Of a stretch of 64,000 nucleotides of DNA, positions 21,775 through 31,723 are shown in pieces. This DNA is from Giesbergeria sp. (lineage in GTDB: Bacteria > Pseudomonadota > Gammaproteobacteria > Burkholderiales > Burkholderiaceae_C). Position 1 is the stretch's first letter, and each line of letters starts with the position of its first letter. Location of the stretch: positions 14,460 to 78,459 of the forward strand of contig JAKLLE010000007.1 of assembly GCA_023150295.1 (NCBI GenBank), in the 5' to 3' direction. Both the position numbers and the translations under genes were made by a program. The notes below the pieces were generated by a model. That model was given only the letters and a program-made list of their open reading frames with translations. It had not been told where the DNA came from and made no database searches.

Positions 21775-23051
21775 CGACACCCACCTTGCCCGGACACCCC
21801 CATATCGCCTACCGGGACGGCGAGCTGTGCGTGGAGGGTGTGCAGGTGCACGCCCTGGCGCAGCAATACGGCACGCCGCTGTTCGTGTATTCGCAAGCCT
21901 CCATGCGCGACGCGCTGGCGGCCTACCAGCGTGGTTTTGCGGGTCGCAAGGTGCAGATCTGCTACGCCATGAAGGCCAACTCGTCGCTCGCGCTGCTGCA
22001 ATTCTTTGCACGCCAGGGCTGCGGCTTCGACATCGTCTCGGGCGGTGAGCTCGAACGTGTGCTGGCCGCTGGCGGCGACCCTGGCAAGGTGATCTTCTCG
22101 GGCGTGGGCAAGACCCGCGCAGAGATGCGCCAAGCCCTGCGCGCGGGCATCCGCTGCTTCAACGTGGAGAGCGAGACCGAACTGGAAGTACTCAACACCG
22201 TGGCACTGGCCGAAGGCAGCCGCGCCCCCGTGAGCATCCGCGTCAACCCCAACGTGGACCCCAAGACCCACCCCTACATCTCCACGGGCCTCAAGGGCAA
22301 CAAGTTCGGGGTGGCGCACGAGCGCACCGTGGCGGTGTACCGCCACGCGGCCTCGCTGCCGGGCTTGCGCGTGGTGGGCATCGACTGCCACATCGGCTCG
22401 CAGATCACCGAGGCAACCCCCTACCTTGACGCGACCGACCGGCTGCTCGACCTGGTGCAAGCCATCGAGGCCGAGGGCATCCCCATCCACCACATAGACT
22501 TTGGCGGCGGCCTGGGTATCGACTACAACGGCGACACACCGCCCGCCGCCGACGCCCTGTGGCACCAGTTGCTGGCCAAGCTCGATGCGCGCGGTTTTGG
22601 CGAGCGCGAGTTCCTGATCGAACCCGGTCGCTCGCTGGTCGGCAACGCTGGGCTGTGCGTGACCGAGGTGCTCTACCTCAAACCCGGCGACGCCAAGAAC
22701 TTCTGCATCGTGGACGCAGCCATGAACGACCTGCCGCGCCCGGCGATGTACCAAGCCTTCCACGCGATCGTGCCGGTGCAGGCGCGCGCAGGCAACGCAG
22801 CGCAGCTCTACGACGTGGTGGGCCCGGTGTGCGAAAGCGGCGACTGGATCGGGCGCGAGCGCAGCCTGGTGGTGCAGCCGGGCGACCATCTGGCCGTGCT
22901 GTCGGCCGGGGCGTACTGTATGTCCATGGCCAGCAACTACAACACCCGGGGCCGCGCGGCCGAGGTGCTGGTCGATGGCGAGCGGGCCCAGGCCATCCGC
23001 ACGCGCGAAACGGCGGCAGACACCTTTCGCTCAGAAATTTTGCTCAAATAG
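21771..23051 (+). CDS. lysA: Diaminopimelate decarboxylase
   Basis: YAMKANS, HIGSQI, GGGLG, EPGRSLV, GPVCESGD, SNYN. Confidence 0.96.
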   Translation: MTTPTLPGHPHIAYRDGELCVEGVQVHALAQQYGTPLFVYSQASMRDALAAYQRGFAGRKVQICYAMKANSSLALLQFFARQGCGFDIVSGGELERVLAAGGDPGKVIFSGVGKTRAEMRQALRAGIRCFNVESETELEVLNTVALAEGSRAPVSIRVNPNVDPKTHPYISTGLKGNKFGVAHERTVAVYRHAASLPGLRVVGIDCHIGSQITEATPYLDATDRLLDLVQAIEAEGIPIHHIDFGGGLGIDYNGDTPPAADALWHQLLAKLDARGFGEREFLIEPGRSLVGNAGLCVTEVLYLKPGDAKNFCIVDAAMNDLPRPAMYQAFHAIVPVQARAGNAAQLYDVVGPVCESGDWIGRERSLVVQPGDHLAVLSAGAYCMSMASNYNTRGRAAEVLVDGERAQAIRTRETAADTFRSEILLK

Positions 23052-23100
23052 GCCTCCAGCACCCATGGATAGGGCGCAAGCAGCTATCAATATAATAGCA
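23045..23100 (-). repeat. 56-bp REP-like element, copy 2
   Basis: TGCTAT-TATATTG-ATAGCT GCTT GCGC-N11-GTGC...GGCCTATTTG; overlaps the lysA stop. Confidence 0.8.
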
Positions 23101-23102
23101 AA

Positions 23103-23738
23103 TCAGGAAGGCGCCAGAGGCTTGCTGCGCGGCCAGGCGCGCCACAAGCGCCAGGCCAGCAAGCCCCCCAGCACCACTGCGTACACCAGCACCTCGGCGT
23201 GATCGTTCTTTCCTGAGCGCATCCAGTAAAAGTGCAGCAGCGCCAGCAGCGCCACGGCATACACGCTGCGGTGCAGCGCCTGCCAGCGCCGCCCGCCAAG
23301 CCAGCGCATGGCCCGCTGGAACGACGTGGCAGCCAGCACGGCCAACAGCAGCCAGGCCAGCATGCCCACCAGGATAAAAGGGCGCTTGGCACCGTCGCGC
23401 GCCAGCTCCGGCAGTTCCAGGCCCATGTCGAACCAGGCATAGGCCAGCAGGTGCAGCAGGGCATAGAAAAACACGAACAAGCCCAGCATGCGCCGAAAGC
23501 GCACCAGCGCCGGCCAGCCCGCCCACACGCGCAGCGGCGTGACCGCCAGCACCAGGCAAAGAAAGCGCAGCGTCCAGTCGCCCAGGGCGCGGATCAAGGC
23601 CTCTGCCGGGTTGGCCCCCAGGCCGCCGCCCACAGCCCCCGCCACCAGCCACACCAGGGGCAGCAGGGCCAGCACAAACACCACGGGCTTGGCCACCGGG
23701 TGCTTTAACCACGCCTGGGCACCGGTGCTGTTGGACAT
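23103..23738 (-). CDS. msrQ: Methionine sulfoxide reductase heme membrane subunit
   Basis: LGDWTLRFL..LAVTPLR, RRMLGL..FFYALLH, WQALHRSVY. Confidence 0.92.
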   Translation of the reverse strand: MSNSTGAQAWLKHPVAKPVVFVLALLPLVWLVAGAVGGGLGANPAEALIRALGDWTLRFLCLVLAVTPLRVWAGWPALVRFRRMLGLFVFFYALLHLLAYAWFDMGLELPELARDGAKRPFILVGMLAWLLLAVLAATSFQRAMRWLGGRRWQALHRSVYAVALLALLHFYWMRSGKNDHAEVLVYAVVLGGLLAWRLWRAWPRSKPLAPS

Positions 23739-24733
23739 CAGAAGTGCTTTTTCAGATCCATGCCCGCATACAAGGCGGCAACCTGCGCCTCGTAGCCATT
23801 GAACAGGAGCGTCTTGCGCTTCTTGGCAAACAGGCCGTCCTCGCCAATGCGCCGCTCGGCGGCCTGGCTCCAGCGCGGGTGGTCCACCTGCGGGTTCACG
23901 TTGGAATAGAAGCCGTACTCCTGCGGCGCTGCCTTGTTCCACGAAGTGGAAGGCTCGTGCTCGGTGAAACGGATCTTCACGATGCTCTTGGCGCTCTTGA
24001 ACCCGTACTTCCAGGGCACCACCAGGCGCACGGGCGCGCCATTTTGGTTTGGCAACACCTCGCCGTACATGCCAAAGGCCAGCAGCGTCAGCGGGTGCAG
24101 GGCCTCGTCCAGCCGCAGCCCTTCCACATAGGGCCAATCGAGCACCCGTGAGCCCAGGCCTGGCATCTGCACCTTGTCCGCCAGCGTGGTGAACTCTACA
24201 TACCTGGCACTTCCCAGGGGCTCCACGCGCCGGATCAACTCGGCCAGCGAATAGCCCACCCACGGGATCACCATGGACCAGCCTTCCACGCAGCGCATGC
24301 GGTAGATGCGCTCTTCCTGCGCCGAGAGCTTGAGCAGATCGTCCAGCGCCCAGGGGCCGGGCTTTTTCACCAGGCCCGAGACTTCCACCGTCCAGGGCCG
24401 GGGCTTGAGGGTGTGGGCGTTGCGCGCCGGGTCGGTCTTGTCGGTGCCGAACTCGTAGAAATTGTTGTAGCCGCTCGCGTCCTGGTAGGCCGTGGGCTTG
24501 TCCAGCGTGCTGGCACCGGGCACGCCCGAGGGCACGGCGGCCAGGGGTGCCAGCTTGCCTGGGCGCGTGGTGGCCTGCGCCAGCGCGTCGCGCCCAGCCC
24601 AGGCCGCAAGCGCCGCGCCTGCGCCGCCCAGCGCCATGGTCTGCAGAAGGTGGCGGCGGCCCTCGTACACCGTGCGGGGCGTGATGTCCGAAGCGATGGG
24701 GTGGACAAACCCCTTGTCACGGGAAAAATGCAT
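23738..24733 (-). CDS. msrP: Methionine sulfoxide reductase molybdopterin catalytic subunit
   Basis: Tat-like RRHLL signal, [31 protein letters not shown]. Confidence 0.95.
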   Translation of the reverse strand: MHFSRDKGFVHPIASDITPRTVYEGRRHLLQTMALGGAGAALAAWAGRDALAQATTRPGKLAPLAAVPSGVPGASTLDKPTAYQDASGYNNFYEFGTDKTDPARNAHTLKPRPWTVEVSGLVKKPGPWALDDLLKLSAQEERIYRMRCVEGWSMVIPWVGYSLAELIRRVEPLGSARYVEFTTLADKVQMPGLGSRVLDWPYVEGLRLDEALHPLTLLAFGMYGEVLPNQNGAPVRLVVPWKYGFKSAKSIVKIRFTEHEPSTSWNKAAPQEYGFYSNVNPQVDHPRWSQAAERRIGEDGLFAKKRKTLLFNGYEAQVAALYAGMDLKKHF

Positions 24734-24864
24734 GTCGGGCTCCTGCGATGGGCGGTGAATGCATGGCAGCAGCGCCATGGCATGCCTTGCTATTCGTACC
24801 GCCAGCGCCGCAGGTTACAGCGCACAGCCCCTGGGCGTTGCACCGTGCGGTGCAAGACCCTACA

Positions 24865-26208
24865 TCACAGATTGCCGTAGCTGTGCAGGCCGCTGAGGAA
24901 CATGTTGACGCCCAGGAAGGCAAAGGTGGTCACCACCAGCCCCACCAGCGCCCACCAGGCCGACACGGTGCCGCGCAGCCCCTTCATCAGGCGCATGTGC
25001 AGCCAGGCAGCGTAGTTGAGCCAGACAATCAGCGCCCAGGTTTCCTTGGGGTCCCAGCTCCAGTAGCCGCCCCAGGCCTCGGCGGCCCAGAGTGCGCCCA
25101 GCACCGTGGCGATGGTGAAGAAGGCAAAACCAACGGCGATGGACTTGTACATCACGTCGTCCAGCACCTCCAGCGACGGCAGGCGCTCGCCGATGCGCTT
25201 GCGCCCCAGCAAGATACCCGCCACCGCCAGGGCCGACACGCCGAAATACACCATCCAGTAGCTGCTGCCCGCCTCGGTGGAGCCCTGACGGAAGACCAGC
25301 GGCTCGAAGCACAGCACCACGCCCAACAGCCACAGCGGTGCCAGCTTGTACCAACGCGTTTCCTGGGCCTGCTGCTTGATGAGATAGGCAAACGCCACCA
25401 TGGCGGCCAATGCAAAAGTGCCGTAGCCAATGAAGTTGGCCGGCACGTGCAGCTTCATCCACCAGCTTTGCAGCGCGGGCACCAGGGGCTGGATCTCATG
25501 GGCTTCGCGCACCACGGTGTACCAGAGCAAAAAGCCCACGGCAGCGCTGACCACCAGCATCACGAAACCGCCCAGGGCGCGGGTCTGGTACTGCGCCTCG
25601 TAGTACAGGTAGAACAGCGCCGTCATCCAGCAGAACATCACGAACACTTCGTAGAGGTTGCTCACCGGGATGTGGCCCACGTCGGGGCCGAGCAGGTAGC
25701 TCTCGTACCAGCGCACCATGGTGCCGATCAGCGCCATGGCCACCGCCACCCACGCCAGCCGCGAGCCCAACAGCGACAGGGCAGTGCCCTCACCGCGCGA
25801 GAACATGGCAATCCAATAGAACAGCGTACTCATGAAGAACACCACGCTCATCCACAGAATGGCAGACTGGCTCGACAGAAAGTACTTGAGTCCGAACACC
25901 GCCTCGGCGCGTGCCAGGCTGCCCGCACCGTCCTGTTGGTACAGGGCGATGGCCATGAGCGAAAACACCGCCACTGAGAGCATCAGGGTGCGCAACGGGC
26001 GCCAGAACCACCCCAGCCAGACCAGTGTGGGCACGGCTCCCAGCAAGATGCCTTTTTCGTAGCCATCCATGAAGCTGCCATAGCGCTGCAGCGCAAACAG
26101 ACCGCCCGCCACCACCAGCGCGGCAAACAGCCAGTCGAACCAGTTGCGACGGGACCAATAGCCCTCGTTCAGGGTGATGGTGGTGGTGTGGGTGGATGCC
26201 GTGGTCAT
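24865..26208 (-). CDS. ccsA: Cytochrome c biogenesis system II heme lyase (ResC/CcsA type, WWD domain)
   Basis: WAAEAWGGYWSWDPKETW WWD motif; multiple TM helices. Confidence 0.93.
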   Translation of the reverse strand: MTTASTHTTTITLNEGYWSRRNWFDWLFAALVVAGGLFALQRYGSFMDGYEKGILLGAVPTLVWLGWFWRPLRTLMLSVAVFSLMAIALYQQDGAGSLARAEAVFGLKYFLSSQSAILWMSVVFFMSTLFYWIAMFSRGEGTALSLLGSRLAWVAVAMALIGTMVRWYESYLLGPDVGHIPVSNLYEVFVMFCWMTALFYLYYEAQYQTRALGGFVMLVVSAAVGFLLWYTVVREAHEIQPLVPALQSWWMKLHVPANFIGYGTFALAAMVAFAYLIKQQAQETRWYKLAPLWLLGVVLCFEPLVFRQGSTEAGSSYWMVYFGVSALAVAGILLGRKRIGERLPSLEVLDDVMYKSIAVGFAFFTIATVLGALWAAEAWGGYWSWDPKETWALIVWLNYAAWLHMRLMKGLRGTVSAWWALVGLVVTTFAFLGVNMFLSGLHSYGNL

Positions 26209-28364
26209 GCAGAACCTCCGTGGCGGGGCGGCGTGGGGGCCACGCCGATGAGTTTTTCAGTCAGATGGGCGAATTCACGGTCGCCATCCATGGTTTTGCG
26301 GTTGGTGGACAGCGCCATCATGGCGTGCGTGGCCCCCTCGCGGGGCGTCACCCAGACCCACACCCTGCGCTCGCGAATGTAGAGCATGGCAAACACCCCC
26401 AGGATAAGCAGGGCGCAACCCAGGTACACGATGTTCTTGCCCGGCGCGCGCGCCACTTGGAACACGCTGGCCTGCACCTGGGTGAAGTCCTGCAACCCCA
26501 GCAGCATGGGCGCCGGGTAGAACTGCACATCGCTCAGCGCCAGCACGGCCTGGGTCATGAACCCCAGGGTCTGCTCATTGTTGGGCAATGGAGCCAGCCC
26601 GGCACGCTCTCGGGTGAGCTGCGCCAGCTCGAACAATGCGCCGTTGAGCACCCGCATCAGCACTTCGCCAGCGCGGTCGCGTTCGGCCTCTGGCACGTTG
26701 GTTTCCAGGAACTGCGCCACGGCGGCCAGCCCCCCTTCACGCTCCCCTGGGGCCTTCACACGCCCGGCAAACATGGACAGCGACCGGGAGGCCGACTCGG
26801 CCAACTGCTCGGCCAGTTGCTTGCGCGACGGATCGATGGCGCGCGCCACATAGCGGCGCACGGCCTCATCGCGCAGGGCGGGGCTGGCCAGCGCGCGGTG
26901 CAGGCGCAGAAAGCCATCCATGCTGCCCTGGTCGTCCACGGGAATGCGCAGGTAGCGGAAGGGCTCGGAAGGCTTTTCCCGCACACCGTACAGGAACATG
27001 GGCGCACCGCCCTCGCCCAGGTCGACCGGCAACATGTAGTTGTGGAATTCGCGCGCCTGGCCCGCGTTGTCGCGCAGCTTGTAGCCGATGCTGGGGCCCA
27101 CGTTGCGCAGGTTCTTGTTCTCCACCGTCTTGTTGGCCGCGCCCAGGCGCGCGTCGATCGAGGACCGCAGATCGACCGCCCGCACATCTGCGCCCGAACC
27201 CTCGGCGCCCGCGCCCATGTTCTCCACGTTGATAACCCGCAGCGAGGTGAACTCCAGCACCAGGGATTCCGGCGCGCCCTCGGGGCCCAGGGTGGATTTG
27301 CCCCCGACAACGCCCTTGACCTCGAACGGCGCAGCGGTCTCCGAGCCCAATGGCATGCCACGCAGCACCACCGACGAGCCCCCGTCGTCAAAGCTCGACT
27401 GGTAGATCTCGATGCCCTTGTGGTGCGCGGGCTTGTTGACCTCGATGCGCGTTGCCGTGGCTTCGCCCGTGGCCTTGTCGTGGATCACCACCTCGCTGGC
27501 AAACAGCTTGGGCATGCCCGAGGGGTAGTGCTCGATGATGAACTTCTTGAGCTCCACGGAAAAAGGCAGTTCCTGCAGCAACACGCCATCGGACTGGCTC
27601 AGGATGGCCGTGCTGGCGCGCGCGCCCTCGGTCACCACCAGGTTGCCCCGGAAAGTGGGGTTGCGCTCGCTGAGCCGGTGCTCGGGGCCCACGTCGGCAA
27701 TCATGCCGCCACCGGGGAAGGCGCTCTTGCCGCCCCACCACATCTGTGCGCGCACGATCAGGTCGCCATCGAGCAGGCCGCCCACGCACACCAGCACGAT
27801 GGCGCTGTGCGCGGCGATATAGCCGATCTTGTTGGCCGCACCCGCCTTGGCCGCGACCATCCAGCCGGTGCCAGGACCTGCGGCCGTGTCGCGCTGCTGC
27901 AGTTTGACCTTCCAGCCGCCGCCGGCCAGCATCTGGCCAATGCGCCGCGCCTCGGTGCCAGCATCCTGTGCCAAGGTCGCCTCGGCCTTGTGGTGGAACG
28001 AGCGCAGGTTCTGCTCGCGGATATTTTCCTTGTAGGTGCGCAGGTCCACCAAAATCTTGGGCGTGTTGCGCGCAATGCACAGCGAGGTGCTGATGACCAG
28101 GAACGCCAGAATCAGCAAGAACCACCAGGCGCTGTACACCGCATGCAGCTGAAGCCGCGCAAACAGCTCGGCCCAGAAAGGCCCGAACTGATTGACGTAG
28201 TTGATCGTGGGCTCGTTCTGCTTTAGCACCGTGCCGATGACCGAGGCAATGCAGATCACCGTGAGCAGGGCAATGGCAAAGCGCATCGACGACAGCAGTT
28301 CGATGCTGGAGCGCAGCGCCTGGGAGCCGTTGCGGATACGGACACCGTGGGTGGTCTCGGACAT
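26205..28364 (-). CDS. ccsB: Cytochrome c biogenesis system II protein (ResB/Ccs1 type)
   Basis: LSSMRFAIALL..ICIASVIGTVL, YSAWWF, IEVNKP, YQSSF; coupled to ccsA. Confidence 0.92.
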   Translation of the reverse strand: MSETTHGVRIRNGSQALRSSIELLSSMRFAIALLTVICIASVIGTVLKQNEPTINYVNQFGPFWAELFARLQLHAVYSAWWFLLILAFLVISTSLCIARNTPKILVDLRTYKENIREQNLRSFHHKAEATLAQDAGTEARRIGQMLAGGGWKVKLQQRDTAAGPGTGWMVAAKAGAANKIGYIAAHSAIVLVCVGGLLDGDLIVRAQMWWGGKSAFPGGGMIADVGPEHRLSERNPTFRGNLVVTEGARASTAILSQSDGVLLQELPFSVELKKFIIEHYPSGMPKLFASEVVIHDKATGEATATRIEVNKPAHHKGIEIYQSSFDDGGSSVVLRGMPLGSETAAPFEVKGVVGGKSTLGPEGAPESLVLEFTSLRVINVENMGAGAEGSGADVRAVDLRSSIDARLGAANKTVENKNLRNVGPSIGYKLRDNAGQAREFHNYMLPVDLGEGGAPMFLYGVREKPSEPFRYLRIPVDDQGSMDGFLRLHRALASPALRDEAVRRYVARAIDPSRKQLAEQLAESASRSLSMFAGRVKAPGEREGGLAAVAQFLETNVPEAERDRAGEVLMRVLNGALFELAQLTRERAGLAPLPNNEQTLGFMTQAVLALSDVQFYPAPMLLGLQDFTQVQASVFQVARAPGKNIVYLGCALLILGVFAMLYIRERRVWVWVTPREGATHAMMALSTNRKTMDGDREFAHLTEKLIGVAPTPPRHGGSA

Positions 28365-28390
28365 GGGGGTGGAGTATGCAGCGCCGAAAG

Positions 28391-28424
28391 AAAAAAGGCG
28401 GGGCCATCGTTCGATGGGCCCGCC
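28391..28424 (-). terminator. Intrinsic terminator after the cytochrome c4 gene, upstream of ccsB
   Basis: Minus strand GGCGGGCCCATCG-AA-CGATGGCCCCGCC followed by TTTTTT. Confidence 0.75.
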
Positions 28425-28490
28425 CGGCTTAGGGTTTGATTGTCAGCAATTGGTTCCGCCAGGCCCCTCAGGAGCCTGGGCGGGAAGCGC

Positions 28491-29120
28491 TCACCGCAGG
28501 CCGGCGATGTAGTCCGACACAGCCTTGATTTCGCGGTCGTTCAGCTTGGCAGCCACGCCGGTCATCTGCAGATTGTTCTTGCGCACGCCGTCGCGGAAGG
28601 CCTTGAGCTGCGCTTCGGTGTAAGCCGCATGCTGGCCTGCCAGACGCGGGTACTGCGCAGGAATGCCAGCGCCATTGGGGCTGTGGCAGGCGGCGCAGGC
28701 GGCGATGTTGCGGTCGGCAATACCGCCACGGTAGATCTTTTCGCCCAGGGCCACCAGGGCCTTGTCGGTGGCTTCGCCAGGCTTGGCGGGCTTGCTGGCC
28801 AGCCAGGCCGCAATGTTCTGCATGTCCTGGTCTTCCAGCATGCCGGCAAAGCCCTGCATGATGGCGCTTTCGCGTTTGCCGCTCTTGAATTCCTGCAACT
28901 GCTTCACCAGGTACTGGGGATGCTGCTGGGCCAGCTTGGGGTTTTCGGCCAGGCTGGAGTTTCCATCTTCGGCGTGGCAGGCCACGCAGACCGTGCCGTA
29001 GCTGGCCGCGCCCTTTTCGAGGTCGGGCTTGGCCTGTGCGGGAGCCGGACCAGCAGCGAAGGCCGCAGTGGCGGGTGCTGCCAGCGCGGCAGCCATGAGC
29101 AGGGGGGCGAGCAACTTCAT
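28491..29120 (-). CDS. Diheme cytochrome c4/c553
   Basis: Signal peptide; CVACH and CAACH heme motifs; P.LA.Q...YL..QL repeats. Confidence 0.92.
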   Translation of the reverse strand: MKLLAPLLMAAALAAPATAAFAAGPAPAQAKPDLEKGAASYGTVCVACHAEDGNSSLAENPKLAQQHPQYLVKQLQEFKSGKRESAIMQGFAGMLEDQDMQNIAAWLASKPAKPGEATDKALVALGEKIYRGGIADRNIAACAACHSPNGAGIPAQYPRLAGQHAAYTEAQLKAFRDGVRKNNLQMTGVAAKLNDREIKAVSDYIAGLR

Positions 29121-29193
29121 ATCGAGGGTCTTGTTAATGGTGGCGCAAAACCCCGCGATTCTACAATGCGGTTCCACACCCATCTATTGATCC

Positions 29194-29931
29194 ATGACAC
29201 GCTTCGTTACTGCGCCCGATGCCAGCGCCCCCGCTCCCGGCGGCGACGCCCGCTCCGCCCTGGGCTGGATGCACACGGCGCGCTTCCTCACCACGGCCGC
29301 GCAACTGAACCAGTTGCCCGCCGTCGAAGTGCCTGAAATCGCCTTCGTGGGCCGCTCCAACGCGGGCAAATCCACCTGCATCAACACGCTGACGCAGCAA
29401 AAGCAACTGGCCTTCGCCTCCAAGAAGCCCGGCCGCACGCAGCACATCAATCTGTTCTCGCTCGGCCGCCAGGGCCAGACCGACGCCGTGCTGGCCGACC
29501 TGCCCGGCTACGGCTATGCAGCCGTCTCGCGCTCGGACAAGGTGCGCTGGCAGCAGGTGATGGTGAACTACCTGGTCAGCCGCACCAGCCTCACCGGCAT
29601 CGTGCTGCTGTGCGACCCGCGCCTGGGCCTGACCGAGCTGGACGAGGCGCTGCTCGAAGTGGTGCGCCCGCGCGTCGAAGAGGGCCTCAAGTTTCTGGTG
29701 CTGCTGACCAAGGCAGACAAGCTCACGCGTGCCGAACAGGCCAAGGCGCTGTCGATTGCGCGACTGCAAGCGGGCGGCGGCGAGGTCAAGATGTTCTCCG
29801 CGCTCAAGAAACAGGGCGTGGAAGAAGCCGCACAGCTCCTGTGGCAGTGGGCCCACCCGGCCCCAGCCCCCAGCACCGACGCCGACACAGCCCCCGCGCC
29901 CAGCCCCGCACCCGAGGCAGGCCCCGGCTGA
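29194..29931 (+). CDS. engB: Ribosome biogenesis GTPase YihA/EngB
   Basis: GRSNAGKS, PGRTQ, DLPGYG, TKAD. Confidence 0.95.
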   Translation: MTRFVTAPDASAPAPGGDARSALGWMHTARFLTTAAQLNQLPAVEVPEIAFVGRSNAGKSTCINTLTQQKQLAFASKKPGRTQHINLFSLGRQGQTDAVLADLPGYGYAAVSRSDKVRWQQVMVNYLVSRTSLTGIVLLCDPRLGLTELDEALLEVVRPRVEEGLKFLVLLTKADKLTRAEQAKALSIARLQAGGGEVKMFSALKKQGVEEAAQLLWQWAHPAPAPSTDADTAPAPSPAPEAGPG

Positions 29932-29964
29932 GCCAGCGCACGGGCAGGCGCAGCGGTTAAGAGT

Positions 29965-30020
29965 CAAATTGGCCGCTAGCGCCCATCAATCAAGCGCTAA
30001 CAGCTATTATTTTCATAGCA
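29965..30020 (-). repeat. 56-bp REP-like element, copy 3
   Basis: TGCTAT-GAAAATA-ATAGCT GTTA GCGC-N11-GCGC TAGCGGCCAATTTG. Confidence 0.85.
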
Positions 30021-30022
30021 CA

Positions 30023-30931
30023 ATGAGCGCTCATACCGACATCACCCTGCCCCACGGCACCCGGCTGCACTGCCACACGGCTGGTGAGCGGGGTCGGCCC
30101 GTGCTGCTGTTTCTGCACGGTTTTCCCGAAGGCGCCTTCATCTGGGACGGGCTGCTGGAGCATTTCTCGCAGCCCGCGCACGGCGGCTACCGCTGTGTGG
30201 CGCCCTACCTGCGGGGCTTTGGCGCATCCAGCAGCCCGGTGGACGTGGCGGCCTACCGCCCCAAGTTCCTGGTGCAGGACCTGGCCGCCCTGATTGCTGC
30301 CGAATGCGGCGAGGGCGCGCCCCTGGAATGCCTGGTCGCGCACGACTGGGGCGGCGCCGTGGCCTGGAACCTGGCCAACCAGCACCCGCAGTTGCTGCGC
30401 CGCCTGGCCATCGTCAACTCGCCCCACCCTGGCGCCTTTGTGCGCGAGCTGCAACACAACGCCGCACAACAGGCCGCCAGCCAGTACATGCACTTCCTGT
30501 GCCGCCCGGACGCAGAGGCACTGCTCGCCGAGGACGATTTCCGCCGCCTGTTCGCCTTCTTCGACGCCCCCGACGGCACACCGCCCGCCTGGCTGACGCC
30601 TGCAGTGCGCCAGCAGTACCGCGCCCTGTGGCAACAAGGTTTGACGGGCGCCTGCAACTACTACCGCGCCAGCCCCCTGCGCCCGCCACGCGAGGGCGAT
30701 CCCGGCGCTGCCGCCGTGAGCCTGCCCGAATCCATGCTGCAGGTGGCGGTGCCTACACTGGTGCTGTGGGGCATGGACGATCCAGCGCTGTTGCCGGGTT
30801 TGCTCGATGGCCTACCAGGCTGGGTGCCGCAACTGCAATTGCAGCAGATGCCGGGGGCATCGCACTGGCTGGTGCATGAGCAGCCTGAGCGGCTGGTGCG
30901 GGCGCTGGGTGGATTTTTGCTATGCAATTGA
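30023..30931 (+). CDS. Alpha/beta hydrolase, epoxide hydrolase-like
   Basis: HGFP oxyanion motif, AHDWG nucleophile Asp, LWGMDD, C-terminal His (SHW). Confidence 0.88.
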   Translation: MSAHTDITLPHGTRLHCHTAGERGRPVLLFLHGFPEGAFIWDGLLEHFSQPAHGGYRCVAPYLRGFGASSSPVDVAAYRPKFLVQDLAALIAAECGEGAPLECLVAHDWGGAVAWNLANQHPQLLRRLAIVNSPHPGAFVRELQHNAAQQAASQYMHFLCRPDAEALLAEDDFRRLFAFFDAPDGTPPAWLTPAVRQQYRALWQQGLTGACNYYRASPLRPPREGDPGAAAVSLPESMLQVAVPTLVLWGMDDPALLPGLLDGLPGWVPQLQLQQMPGASHWLVHEQPERLVRALGGFLLCN

Positions 30932-30973
30932 TAGCTTGCAGCGCTCTATTGGCATGCACAAAGAGCCTAATTT
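30918..30973 (+). repeat. 56-bp REP-like element, copy 4
   Basis: TGCTAT-GCAATTG-ATAGCT TGCA GCGC-N11-GCAC...GCCTAATTT; contains the hydrolase stop codon. Confidence 0.75.
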
Positions 30974-30994
30974 TCTATATTTTTTTTGGGGGAT

Positions 30995-31638
30995 GGCTGG
31001 CCGGGTCTCGCCCCGGCGGGCGACTCACTTTCTTTCGCTTCGCCGAAAGAAAGTGAGCAAAGAAAGGGCGACCCTGCTGCCCGTGACCCCCACGCTGCGC
31101 GCGGGGGCAGCCTGCGATGCCCGTTCGCGGGGCGTGCTGCGGAACTCACGGCGCGCCTGCGGCGCTTCGTTCGGACAACCGCAGCAAGTCAGACCACAAA
31201 GGCGTGTGTCCTGCGGCACACGCCCGCCCAACGCCCTGCGCTTTTCGGCACGGGCAAAAGGGCTTGGCAGATTCCGTGCCACCGCTGCGCTCGGCCTGGC
31301 ATGCGTGGCGCGCAGCGCCTGCGCCCCGCGGGGCCGAGCGCAGCGATGGCCCGTGTTCTTTTCACCCCCTTCTGGCTGCGCCTGCGGCGGGGCGCTTGCG
31401 GGGTGGGCATGCGCGTCGCAGCGCGCATGCTTCGTCATCTGACTCGCCGGGGTTGTCCGAACGAAGCTGCGCAGCAGCGCAGTGAGTTCCACGGCGCACC
31501 CTGCAAACGCCCCGACGCAGGTTTGCCCCTTCGCACCGCGAAGGGGTCGCAGACTGCAGGGTCGCCTTTCTTTTGGGTACTTTTCTTTGGCGAAGCAAAG
31601 AAAAGTACCTCGCCCGCCGGGGCGAGACCCGGCCAGCC
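30995..31638. mobile_element. 644-bp non-coding palindromic (MITE-like) element
   Basis: Perfect 29-bp terminal inverted repeat (30995-31023 / 31610-31638); roughly 260-bp imperfect inverted arms; central hairpin; no transposase. Confidence 0.7.
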
Positions 31639-31667
31639 GCCCTTAGCAAAGCCAAAACCACAGCAGA

Positions 31668-31723
31668 AACTATCAAAACAATAGCTACCAGCGCTTACCC
31701 AATAAGCGCCAGAAGCCAATCTC
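31668..31723 (+). repeat. 56-bp REP-like element, copy 5
   Basis: AACTAT-CAAAACA-ATAGCT ACCA GCGC-N11-GCGC CAGAAGCCAATC. Confidence 0.75.

Noticed and set aside
24838-24855. NtrC binding site
   Set aside because: The spacer between TGCACC and GGTGCA is 4 nt, not the 5 nt of the consensus.
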